Shown here: piece after piece, positions 6,644 through 15,021 of the stretch
Layout of the letters: each line of letters starts with the position of its first letter
Position numbering within the stretch: position 1 is the stretch's first letter
Source: Bdellovibrionota bacterium
GTDB lineage: Bacteria > Bdellovibrionota_C > UBA2361 > OMII01
DNA length: 21,930 nucleotides
Assembly (NCBI GenBank): GCA_044356215.1
Contig: JBIKWQ010000059.1
Coordinates: 1-21,930, forward strand
Direction: 5' to 3'
The notes under the pieces: generated by a model
Told to the model about the DNA's origin: nothing
What the model saw: only the letters and a program-made list of their open reading frames with translations
Databases searched by the model: none
Position numbers and translations under genes: made by a program

Positions 6644-8062
6644 CTACTTCCCAGCACTACGCCCCTGCAACCTCTCGCGCCTACGCTTAGCCCAGCCCTC
6701 TTTTAAGCTCTGCTCAGCGCGGCCAAGCGCTAAAGCATCCTGCGGCACATCGCGAGTAATCACAGATCCAGCGGCGATTAAAGCTCCCTCACCTATCTTA
6801 ACCGGAGCTACCAGGCACGAGTTGCTTCCAACAAAAACTCCCCGGCCTATCTCTGTGCGGGACTTCTTGTAGCCATCGTAATTACAGGTGATCGTTCCTG
6901 CGCCGATATTAGCGTCCTCGCCAACTTCACAATCACCTAAGTAAGTAAGGTGCGAAGCCTTCGCTCCATCAGCTAAGACCGCGTTCTTTACCTCAACGAA
7001 ATTACCAACTCGCGCGTTCTTACCAAGCACAGTTCCGGGCCGTAGATGCGCGCACGGACCAACAGTCGTTCCCTCACCAACTGTGGCGCCCTCAATCCGA
7101 GAACCAAAACGTACCTCGGCGCTTTCTCCAATCTGCGCATCTATTAAAAGCACCGAGCCCTCGATGACGGCGTTCTTGCCTATCCTAGTTCTGCCTTTTA
7201 GCTGCGTAGCCGGCCCGATTAAAGCACCAGGCTCAATCTCAACCTCCGGATCAATCCAGCATGTAGCAGGATCAACAAAATTAACCCCAGAATCCTGAAG
7301 CTTTACGATCTCTCTCTCAACGAGAACTGAGTTAACAAAATCAAGATCTCTCCTGGTGTTCACACCAGCCGCTTCGCGCGCGTCACCTAATGGAAAAGCC
7401 GTAACGCGTTGACCCTCTTTAACAGCTTTAGCGACGATATCAGTTAAGTAATACTCACGTTGCGCATTGTCGTTTGTAAGCGACTCGACCGCTGGCTTTA
7501 AGAATGCCGAATCAACGGCGTAAATTCCGGAGTTTACCTCAGTTATAAGTAGCTCCTCAGGATTACAGTCCTTCGCCTCTGTGATCCGCTCAACATCTCC
7601 AGACCTGTTACGAACGATCCTTCCGTATCCATTAGGGGGAGGGGAGGTAAACGAGATCATGCTCAAAGTTGAGCTCTTAAATGTGTGGTAGCTAATAAAG
7701 TGACTTAATGTAGCCTGTGTAAACAGCGGATGGTCGGCATAAGAGAGGATAACAGTCCCCTTACATCCAGCTAGATTAGGCAGCGCACGCTTTACCGCGT
7801 CGCCCGTTCCCAGCTGCTCATCCTGAAAGGCGAACTCAATATTGTGACCCTTCGCCGCCGCGCTTTGAGCGAGATGCGCCTCAACAAGCTCTCGTTTGTG
7901 ACCAACAACGATAACTGTCTTCTCAGGTTTTAAAACTGATAAACCAGCGAGCACCTGATCGATTAAAGCCCCACGCCGGGTCTCTGTAATAGCCTTTGGA
8001 AGATCGCCCCCCAAACGCTTACCGAGCCCAGCAGCTAAAATTACGCAGAATATCTTTTCCAT
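6644..8062 (-). CDS. glmU: Bifunctional UDP-N-acetylglucosamine pyrophosphorylase / glucosamine-1-phosphate N-acetyltransferase
   Basis: 'ILAAGLGKRL...PK', 'QDEQLGTGDAV', 'GYGRIVR', 'EVNSGIY', 'NDNAQREYYLTD', hexapeptide repeats, 'GNFVEVK', 'HLTYLGD', 'NIGAGTITCNYDG'. ATG at 8062 preferred. Confidence 0.97.
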   Translation of the reverse strand: MEKIFCVILAAGLGKRLGGDLPKAITETRRGALIDQVLAGLSVLKPEKTVIVVGHKRELVEAHLAQSAAAKGHNIEFAFQDEQLGTGDAVKRALPNLAGCKGTVILSYADHPLFTQATLSHFISYHTFKSSTLSMISFTSPPPNGYGRIVRNRSGDVERITEAKDCNPEELLITEVNSGIYAVDSAFLKPAVESLTNDNAQREYYLTDIVAKAVKEGQRVTAFPLGDAREAAGVNTRRDLDFVNSVLVEREIVKLQDSGVNFVDPATCWIDPEVEIEPGALIGPATQLKGRTRIGKNAVIEGSVLLIDAQIGESAEVRFGSRIEGATVGEGTTVGPCAHLRPGTVLGKNARVGNFVEVKNAVLADGAKASHLTYLGDCEVGEDANIGAGTITCNYDGYKKSRTEIGRGVFVGSNSCLVAPVKIGEGALIAAGSVITRDVPQDALALGRAEQSLKEGWAKRRRERLQGRSAGK

Positions 8063-8130
8063 GGCCGGGTAAGTATCCCATACAATGGGGGTTAGGGCTA
8101 TCAAGGAGATGTGGCAGGGAGCGTCGCTCC

Positions 8131-9282
8131 TTAGTTTTTTCCACTTACTGCCGCTAGTGTCCCGCTCCGATAGTGAATCTGGCCCACGCTAAAAAGTCTG
8201 GCTCTGAAGATCGCAGCGCATGAGTACAGGTAAAAATTCCATACTCGCTTAAATCGCTCGCCATAAGCGTCTTTTAAAGTTGGCCAGGCACGATTGAAAT
8301 TATCCGCCCACGCCATCAGAGTTTGATCGTAACTAGAGCTGATATCCTCCCAACTTACGATATTCAGCTCCCCTGTAGCGCATGGGGCTACTAACTCCTG
8401 TAAATTAGGGAGATAGCCAGCGGGAAATATGTTCCTCTCTAGCCACAAACCGAATTCATCCGCTAGGGGATTTGAACGTCGTGAAAAAAGCTCGGCGCTG
8501 ATTACTTGCAAGACAAAATCTCCTCCGTCATTTAAGCAACGCTTAACCATATTAAAAAAGACCGGGATATTTCGCTTACCAACCGCCTCAATCATCTCTA
8601 TCGAGGCTACACAATCAAATTTCCCGCTAAAAGTGCGGTAGTCTTGCAGTAGCACCTCAACTGATAGTCCATGACACCGCTCTTTAGCTAACTTGGCCTG
8701 TTCTTTGGAAACAGTTAATCCCGTGGCGATCACCCCGTAATTCTCAGCGGCGAACTTCAATAGATTTCCCCAGCCACATCCTATATCTAAAAGCCGCATG
8801 CCTCTCTGTAAATTTAATTTCTTACAGATACGATCTAACTTCGCCGCTTGCGCCTGATCTAGATTCTTGGCCTCCGCCCAATAGCCGCAGGTATAACTCA
8901 TACTCGAGTCGAGCATCGCTCTGAACAGATCGTTACCCTTATCGTAGTGATTGCGCGCGATTGAGAAAGCTCGCGATCCACGCTGCTGGTCGATTAGCAC
9001 ATTGCCTAAGACATATCTCATGGTCGCCATCCACGAGCGCCGCTGTGTGCGCTCGTCACGAGATACAAACAGATCGTACATCACCTGATCTAAACGATCA
9101 GAATCCCACGCCCCTTCGCTATAAGAGATCCCTAGAGCGCGCGGACCAACACCGCGCGGATACTCAAGCGCTTTTGAGCGCGGAGCGGTGTCGCCACCAC
9201 TTACTAGCTCTATGCTTCTTTGATCACCTGATACCTCAGAGTTTAACGCTAGATTTTCAACCATAACACCCCAGTCAGACAC
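8131..9282 (-). CDS. cfa: Cyclopropane-fatty-acyl-phospholipid synthase family SAM methyltransferase
   Basis: 'HYDKGNDLFRAMLDSSMSYTCGYW', 'LDQAQAAKL', 'LLDIGCGWG', 'SIEMIEAVG', 'IFPAGYLP', 'WNFYLYSCAAIF'. The start may be the ATG at 9264. Confidence 0.92.
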   Translation of the reverse strand: MSDWGVMVENLALNSEVSGDQRSIELVSGGDTAPRSKALEYPRGVGPRALGISYSEGAWDSDRLDQVMYDLFVSRDERTQRRSWMATMRYVLGNVLIDQQRGSRAFSIARNHYDKGNDLFRAMLDSSMSYTCGYWAEAKNLDQAQAAKLDRICKKLNLQRGMRLLDIGCGWGNLLKFAAENYGVIATGLTVSKEQAKLAKERCHGLSVEVLLQDYRTFSGKFDCVASIEMIEAVGKRNIPVFFNMVKRCLNDGGDFVLQVISAELFSRRSNPLADEFGLWLERNIFPAGYLPNLQELVAPCATGELNIVSWEDISSSYDQTLMAWADNFNRAWPTLKDAYGERFKRVWNFYLYSCAAIFRARLFSVGQIHYRSGTLAAVSGKN

Positions 9283-9285
9283 AAC

Positions 9286-10224
9286 TTAAAAAACGTCACC
9301 TTTCCTGTTTCGCCGAGCGACAAATCGACGGAGCCTATCAGACCAGCGGGCCAATAATCGCGGTCTAGCATACCTGCACATCGCTCTATCAGACAGCTCT
9401 GGCTTATCCTGTAACGGCACCCTATGAAACCACGTTAACACCACCGCGTGCAAATAAATAAGGGGCAAAGTAGCCCATCCAGTAAGTGGGTGCCGCACGA
9501 GCGCCTTAATCAGCTCCTTATCGGTAAATGGGCGCGCTCTACCCTCAAGCCCAGCGACAAAGCTAAGGCCCTCCTGGTTACTAGCGTCACTTTTCCTTAA
9601 GCTTACCGAACACTCAAACGAGCGGGTGTCATCAGATAGACTCACATGATAGCTGCCCCGCGTGTCCATGAAAGGGGAGACGAAGAAAGCTTTAGCCATC
9701 ATCGCCGACGCGCTCCACGGGCAGCCATCTTCCGCCGGCGCTGATGCTGGGCAGGAACTTTTTGGGGCCATACTTGGCGCGACAACGTAAGCGTAGCTCT
9801 CATCAAATGTGTTATTAACCTCTCCAACTAACGCGTAGAGCTCCCCCTCTCTGTTGTAGCAAAGATAAAAGTTGACTGGATTAAAGACCACTCCGAAAAC
9901 CCTCGGCGTTGTAATCAGCACAGCTCTCTGAAAATCTCGATCAAAGCCCTTCCGCTCCAAAAGCGTTCGGAGCTTCTCGGTTATATCATTAGACCCAGCC
10001 GACTCTGAATCAGGGCCTAGATAGTCACGATCCCAGACGCTAAACAGGGACCATCTGTTGTAGCCAAACGATCTTAAATTCTTGGATAGCTGTGATAACT
10101 CACCCAGATCAACTCTGAGGAAGAACAGCTTATGCGCGAAGTGTCGCTGGCGCACCTCAAAACGTGAGTGCCACGTTTGCCCTAACATAACCGAGGACTT
10201 AGTGTCGCCTGTAATAGACCCCAT
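9286..10224 (-). CDS. DUF1365 family protein (UfaO-like)
   Basis: 'GQTWHSRF...HF', 'LITTPRVFGVVFNPVNFYLCY', 'EVNNTFDE', 'KAFFVSPFM', 'IYLHAVVL'; sits between the FAD oxidoreductase and cfa. Start uncertain (10224 or 10248). Confidence 0.9.
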   Translation of the reverse strand: MGSITGDTKSSVMLGQTWHSRFEVRQRHFAHKLFFLRVDLGELSQLSKNLRSFGYNRWSLFSVWDRDYLGPDSESAGSNDITEKLRTLLERKGFDRDFQRAVLITTPRVFGVVFNPVNFYLCYNREGELYALVGEVNNTFDESYAYVVAPSMAPKSSCPASAPAEDGCPWSASAMMAKAFFVSPFMDTRGSYHVSLSDDTRSFECSVSLRKSDASNQEGLSFVAGLEGRARPFTDKELIKALVRHPLTGWATLPLIYLHAVVLTWFHRVPLQDKPELSDRAMCRYARPRLLARWSDRLRRFVARRNRKGDVF

Positions 10225-10267
10225 TTTACTAATGCTATTAAACCACAACTAACGGCCCACGGTTGTC

Positions 10268-11542
10268 TTAACCCTGGCCCCAACTCACATCTACTCCCAG
10301 CGACCGCGCGACCGATACGGCTGACCAGACAGCATCTTCGTGAAATCCGTAGCGCATATAGCTACCACAAAAGAAGGTGTTTCGGGTGCCGTTAAGATCT
10401 CTGAGCTTATCCTGGGATGAGGTCGCCGCCGCCGTAAAGCAGGGATGCGTGTAATTTGTTGAGTAGATAATCTGATCGGGAGCGATCGTATTCTGATCGT
10501 TAAGGGTAACGAAGTAATCAACTGCTCCATTCAACCCCTGCAAACGATTCATATAGTACGTTATTGATAAGGAATCCGTTGAGCAAGACTCAGAGAGTCG
10601 TCGATAGTTCCATGAGGCCCAAACGCGTCGGTTCTTAGGCATAATACTACGGTCAGTATGCAGTACGGTCTTATTGGCGTGATAACTCCAAGCTCCTAAA
10701 AGGCTAGCCTCGGCCTCAGATGGATCCTCTAGAAGCCGCAACGCCTGATCGGCGTGAGTGGCGATGACTAGACGGTGAAAATTTAGCGTCTCACCACTAG
10801 TTAAGCGAACCTCCGCAGAGTTATCGCCCAAGCGCCTTACCTGCGCGGCGGGATCACCTATAATTACCTGGCCTCTAAATCGCTCTCGGAAAGCGCGCAC
10901 ATACGAGTAGCTACCACCTACCACTGTCTGCCAAGTAGGCTGCTTTGAAGGGCGCAAAACTCCGTGATTGTGGAAAAAAGTCAGGAATACTCTGGCGGGA
11001 AAATCAAGCATATTCCTATCTGGACTCGACCAGATGGCGCTGCCCAGGGGAATGATAAAGTTATCAATAAAGAAATCACTCACTCCGATCTGTCGCAAAT
11101 ACTCCCCGAGGGTGACATCCGGCACTGCATCCGCACCTAGGTGCTCTAAAGCACGCGAGTTAAAGCGGTACTGATCACCCAGCAACCTGATAAAGCGGGG
11201 ATTTAAGAGGTTTCGTGGATTCTTCAGAAAATCTCTTAACGCTGGGCCGATGTACGACAAGCCAGTGCGGTCGCACGAGAATCCAAAAGACATATCGCTA
11301 TCTCGTAGCGAGATACCAAGCTCTCTTAAGAATCCGTAAAAAAGTGGGTACGTAACCGGATTACAAACGATAAATCCAGTATCAACTGGCACAATTCGAT
11401 TATCCGCGGCCTTAACTTCTATAGTATTTGTATGCCCACCCAGATAGGAGGCCCCCTCTATAAGCGTTACATCATAGCGCTTCGATAGGAGATAGGCGGT
11501 GGTAATTCCAGCTACTCCACCACCGATTACCGCGATTTTCAT
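10268..11542 (-). CDS. FAD/NAD(P)-binding oxidoreductase, amine-oxidase-like (UfaD-like)
   Basis: 'MKIAVIGGGVAG', 'GGHTNT', 'VDTGFIV', 'SDMSF', 'AIWS', 'FFHNHG', 'ATHADQAL', 'WASWNY', 'TYYMNRLQ', 'YGFHED'; the ATG at 11542 overlaps the SDR stop (ATGA). Confidence 0.92.
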   Translation of the reverse strand: MKIAVIGGGVAGITTAYLLSKRYDVTLIEGASYLGGHTNTIEVKAADNRIVPVDTGFIVCNPVTYPLFYGFLRELGISLRDSDMSFGFSCDRTGLSYIGPALRDFLKNPRNLLNPRFIRLLGDQYRFNSRALEHLGADAVPDVTLGEYLRQIGVSDFFIDNFIIPLGSAIWSSPDRNMLDFPARVFLTFFHNHGVLRPSKQPTWQTVVGGSYSYVRAFRERFRGQVIIGDPAAQVRRLGDNSAEVRLTSGETLNFHRLVIATHADQALRLLEDPSEAEASLLGAWSYHANKTVLHTDRSIMPKNRRVWASWNYRRLSESCSTDSLSITYYMNRLQGLNGAVDYFVTLNDQNTIAPDQIIYSTNYTHPCFTAAATSSQDKLRDLNGTRNTFFCGSYMRYGFHEDAVWSAVSVARSLGVDVSWGQG

Positions 11543-12318
11543 CTGTAATTCATCCGCGCCCATGCTCTAACCCAAATAAATTCGTACAACGGCGCCGGAA
11601 TAACGCGCATAAATTTCGCGAACAACGCGAAGAAAAAGGGGAATGCCACCTCACGCTTTCGCCGCGCGATCCCGTCACATATAATCCGCGCGGCGTCCTC
11701 TGGCTCAGTCAAGAAAGGCATCTCAAAATCGTTTTTATCGGTTAACGGGGTCCTAACAAAACCGGGATTGATGATCGTCACACTCAGCCCAGCTCTTTTT
11801 AGATAGAACCTGGCGCTCTCCAAAAAATTGATAATCGCCGCCTTGCTAGCGCCGTACGCGGCTGCTCTCGGGAGTCCTCTATAGCCAGTTAAACTAGCCA
11901 TACCTACAATCTGTCCGGCTCTCCTCTGAAGCATATCTGGCAGAACAACCTCGATACATTTTAAGAGCCCTCCGTAATTAAGATCCATCTGGGTCATGTA
12001 CTCAGTGGAATCAAATTGTAGTGGATTAGAAGCTATATAAGTTCCGGCGTTAGCTATTAGGATATCGATCCGCCCGAAGGAGCTCCTTATGGCGCTCTCT
12101 ATCTGCTTTAACTCCTCTAAATTGCGCACATCACCGGGAAAAGCTATCAATTTCCCGGACAACGACGCCGCATCAGCTACAACCTGCTCGAGCGTTTCCC
12201 TTGTTCGAGAAGTTATCGCGCATGTAGCTCCACGTCGCGCGAGTTCTAAGCTGAGGTATCTACCGATCCCGCTACTTGCGCCGGTAATCCAAACTACCTT
12301 ACCTTTAAAATAATCCAT
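11539..12318 (-). CDS. Short-chain dehydrogenase/reductase
   Basis: 'TGASSGIG', 'NAG', catalytic 'YGASK', 'NPGFVRTPLTDKNDFEMPF'. ATG at 12318 preferred. Confidence 0.93.
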   Translation of the reverse strand: MDYFKGKVVWITGASSGIGRYLSLELARRGATCAITSRTRETLEQVVADAASLSGKLIAFPGDVRNLEELKQIESAIRSSFGRIDILIANAGTYIASNPLQFDSTEYMTQMDLNYGGLLKCIEVVLPDMLQRRAGQIVGMASLTGYRGLPRAAAYGASKAAIINFLESARFYLKRAGLSVTIINPGFVRTPLTDKNDFEMPFLTEPEDAARIICDGIARRKREVAFPFFFALFAKFMRVIPAPLYEFIWVRAWARMNYR

Positions 12319-12401
12319 TTGGCCGCCTAAAATATCGATCATCCACCAAGGACACCGTAGTTTAGTCATATTCGCCTGGATCCCGCCATACCAACAGGAG
12401 C

Positions 12402-13499
12402 TTATAACACCTCACGACTCTTTCCAGACAGCCGCTTAAAAATCGGCGTCTTTATCACTCCGCCCTTTGAATCAAAGCGTATCGGCCCGCTAGCGCCGGT
12501 CATCTCTGTAGCCAAGATAGCGTCGCGTAACTTAAGTGGATCCGTTGAACCTACGCGCTCTATAGCGTTTCTATAAAGATACACTATGTCGTACCCGGTA
12601 TCGGCTCCCATATCGGGGGATATTTTAAACCTCGACTTAAAACGCTCGACAAAATTCGTCTCTGCGTCGGAGTATGTCGCAAAGATAGTGCCTTCAAGAG
12701 CACCGGAGGCTACATCGATCTGAGGATCCTCAAGGAGAACGGTCATCTTGGCCGCGTCAACTCCAGCTTCCTTTAAGGCCCGGCCGGTAAGCCCTAGCTG
12801 ACTATAGTTAGTCATGAAGACTAGATCTGGCTTAGAGCTTCTAATCTTCGCTGCCGCTGTACGTAAAGGAGTGGCGTCTGATGACGAGTGCTCTACAAAA
12901 TCAGTCTCAACACCACCTAGCCGTCGATACTCTTCCTGAAAGATCCGCGCCAACCGAGATTCCCATGGGTTTGTGTTGCTAATCACCGCGGCTCTCTTCC
13001 AGCCGCGCTTTATCGCCAACTCCGCGAGCGCCTTGGTTGACACGCTATCGTGCGGCCAGAGACAAAAGATATTATCCGCCGTCTCATTAAAGTCCTCTAA
13101 TCCTACAGTAGGAGCGATGATGATAACCGGATCGCGCGCGGCTATCGGGGCGATCGCTAACCCTCCGATACTCCAACTAGGCCCGGCAAAGAGCGATATC
13201 TCACGGTCCAATCTTAACTGTCTGTACGCGCTAACAGAGTAAGACGGTGAATCAACCTCGCGGCTATCCTGAACAACTAACTCCACCGGTCGGTTTAAGA
13301 TCCCTCCTTTAGAATTAATCTCATCACGCGCCAGCATCATGCCGTTTAACGCGTGCGTTCCGGTCTGCTGACATCCTCCGCTTAAGCACAGAACAACTCC
13401 TATCTTAAGTGGCTTAACTTGAGCTTCTAACTGAGAGGGGAATAGAAGTAGCCAGAGGACAGCTAGAAAAAATGTATAGAGAGATTTGTGTTTGATCAT
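12402..13499 (-). CDS. ABC transporter substrate-binding protein, LivJ/LivK type
   Basis: Signal peptide, 'LKIGVVLCLSG', 'EINSKGGILNRPVELVVQD', 'GYD', 'GASGPIRFDSKG'. The ATG at 13499 avoids overlap with the upstream gene. Confidence 0.9.
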   Translation of the reverse strand: MIKHKSLYTFFLAVLWLLLFPSQLEAQVKPLKIGVVLCLSGGCQQTGTHALNGMMLARDEINSKGGILNRPVELVVQDSREVDSPSYSVSAYRQLRLDREISLFAGPSWSIGGLAIAPIAARDPVIIIAPTVGLEDFNETADNIFCLWPHDSVSTKALAELAIKRGWKRAAVISNTNPWESRLARIFQEEYRRLGGVETDFVEHSSSDATPLRTAAAKIRSSKPDLVFMTNYSQLGLTGRALKEAGVDAAKMTVLLEDPQIDVASGALEGTIFATYSDAETNFVERFKSRFKISPDMGADTGYDIVYLYRNAIERVGSTDPLKLRDAILATEMTGASGPIRFDSKGGVIKTPIFKRLSGKSREVL

Positions 13500-13521
13500 A
13501 ATATTGGTATCTATATAGCTC

Positions 13522-14685
13522 CTATTCCGGAAACTCAATTCCCAGTTCTTTGAGTCCATCTATCCAATGCAAGCACACTACCGAATTTATCTTTTTTGGG
13601 ATGTTATCTAATGAAAAAACATATCCCACCGCGCCCGCCACATCTTTCATAAACCTCTCAACGCTACGAGTGTGCGAATCATTCACACTACTAGTGGATT
13701 TTATCTCTATCAACGCCGTTGGCATACCTGCTCGCTCTACAACTAGATCAACCTCTTGATTATCCTCTACCCTGATAAAAGACAGCCGAAAGCTCCTCTC
13801 AGCGTATGTTAAAAGTCGGTGTATCTCATTAATCACAAAGCTCTCAAACAACGATCCGTACTCAAACGATCTAGCCACGACTGGAATATCACCCGTACCG
13901 GAGAGAAGACGTCTGACTCCGGTATCAAACCAGTAAAACTTGGGAGAGCTGCGCTGTCGCTTTCGAATCGAAGTGTGATACGGCTCGAGAAAAAAGCCTA
14001 ACAAAGTATCCTCAAGTATCGAGTAGTAGCTAGCTACACTTTTAGGGTCGCTTCGAATATCCCTGGCGATCGCCGCGTAGTTAATTATCTCTGTATCTTG
14101 AGCCGCCGCCACCTCAAGAAACCTCCTAAACGGTGGTACGTTTCGGATGATCTGCTCAACTAAGATCTCCTCTTTCAAATAAACCTCGGTGTACGATCTA
14201 AGAAACGAGATCTTCTCTCGCTGTGATGATAGCTTGAATATCTTGGCCATCGTCCCAAAACGGAGGGCGCTCTCGAGATCAAAATCAGCGCCTAACTCTA
14301 GGTGCGTTAGTGGAAAAAGCTTATAGAGAAACGCTCGCCCCGCTAAAAGATTGGCCGAGTCTCTCTTAAGTTTGCGCGCGCTTGAGCCCGTGAGCGCGAA
14401 TTTTAAGCCACCGGACTCAATATGAGAATGAACAATATCGAGCAATTGAGGGAGCTTCTGAATCTCATCGATAATGCACCACGGTTTACGGCTCTGCGCC
14501 AAGATCCTACTTAACTCTGCAGGATTGGCCTGCAAAGGTGCCAGCATCTCTGGCTTTAAGAGGTCGATAACGAGCGTCTCATCTGGCGAAAAGAGCTCTG
14601 ATAATAGGGTAGACTTTCCTGTACCCCTGGCGCCAAACAAAAAGAAGCTGTTTGTTTTCAGCGGCTTAAGGAGTCGATGGTACAT
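13522..14685 (-). CDS. AAA_14 family ATPase with C-terminal DUF4143 (PD-(D/E)xK-like) domain
   Basis: Walker A 'GARGTGKST', Walker B 'IIDEIQK', 'LTGSSARKL', 'LAGRA', 'PKFYWFDTG', 'FESFV', 'EVDLVV...IEIKS'. Confidence 0.92.
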   Translation of the reverse strand: MYHRLLKPLKTNSFFLFGARGTGKSTLLSELFSPDETLVIDLLKPEMLAPLQANPAELSRILAQSRKPWCIIDEIQKLPQLLDIVHSHIESGGLKFALTGSSARKLKRDSANLLAGRAFLYKLFPLTHLELGADFDLESALRFGTMAKIFKLSSQREKISFLRSYTEVYLKEEILVEQIIRNVPPFRRFLEVAAAQDTEIINYAAIARDIRSDPKSVASYYSILEDTLLGFFLEPYHTSIRKRQRSSPKFYWFDTGVRRLLSGTGDIPVVARSFEYGSLFESFVINEIHRLLTYAERSFRLSFIRVEDNQEVDLVVERAGMPTALIEIKSTSSVNDSHTRSVERFMKDVAGAVGYVFSLDNIPKKINSVVCLHWIDGLKELGIEFPE

Positions 14686-14800
14686 GATTCCGATTATGAG
14701 TCAAAATAAGGATTATATTACCTTTTTTGAGGAAGCCACGCAACGACTAAAACTGAGCTAACTAGCAACATGCAAAAGCGAAATTCCCTCCCTGCGACAA

Positions 14801-14824
14801 GCGGCGCGGGAGCGCCGCGCTCCA
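14801..14824 (-). repeat. REP-like GC-rich hairpin (GGAG + palindrome)
   Basis: Minus strand reads TGGAGC GCGGCGC TCCC GCGCCGC: a 7-bp stem with a 4-nt loop; single copy in the window. Confidence 0.4.
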
Positions 14825-14927
14825 TTTTACCGCTAGATCTTACCTCACAAAATCAATCGCCCCATTCCGAGCGATCCCTTTAAGAAAATCATACTGTATG
14901 CGGCGATCGATCACTTCTCAGCCGGCA

Positions 14928-14956
14928 CCTCCGCGTCCTCTGTATTAAAAAATATT
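14928..14956 (+). repeat. Degenerate fragment of the MITE internal arm
   Basis: CCTCCGCGTCCTCTGTATTAAAAAATATT versus MITE CCTCTGCGTCCTCTGTGGTAAAAAATATT (26/29 identical). Confidence 0.65.
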
Positions 14957-15021
14957 CAGCGACAGAAGCCTGAAGCGGCCCAATGCTCAAGTAAGGCGTA
15001 TCACACCCGCTTTGCCGCCCC

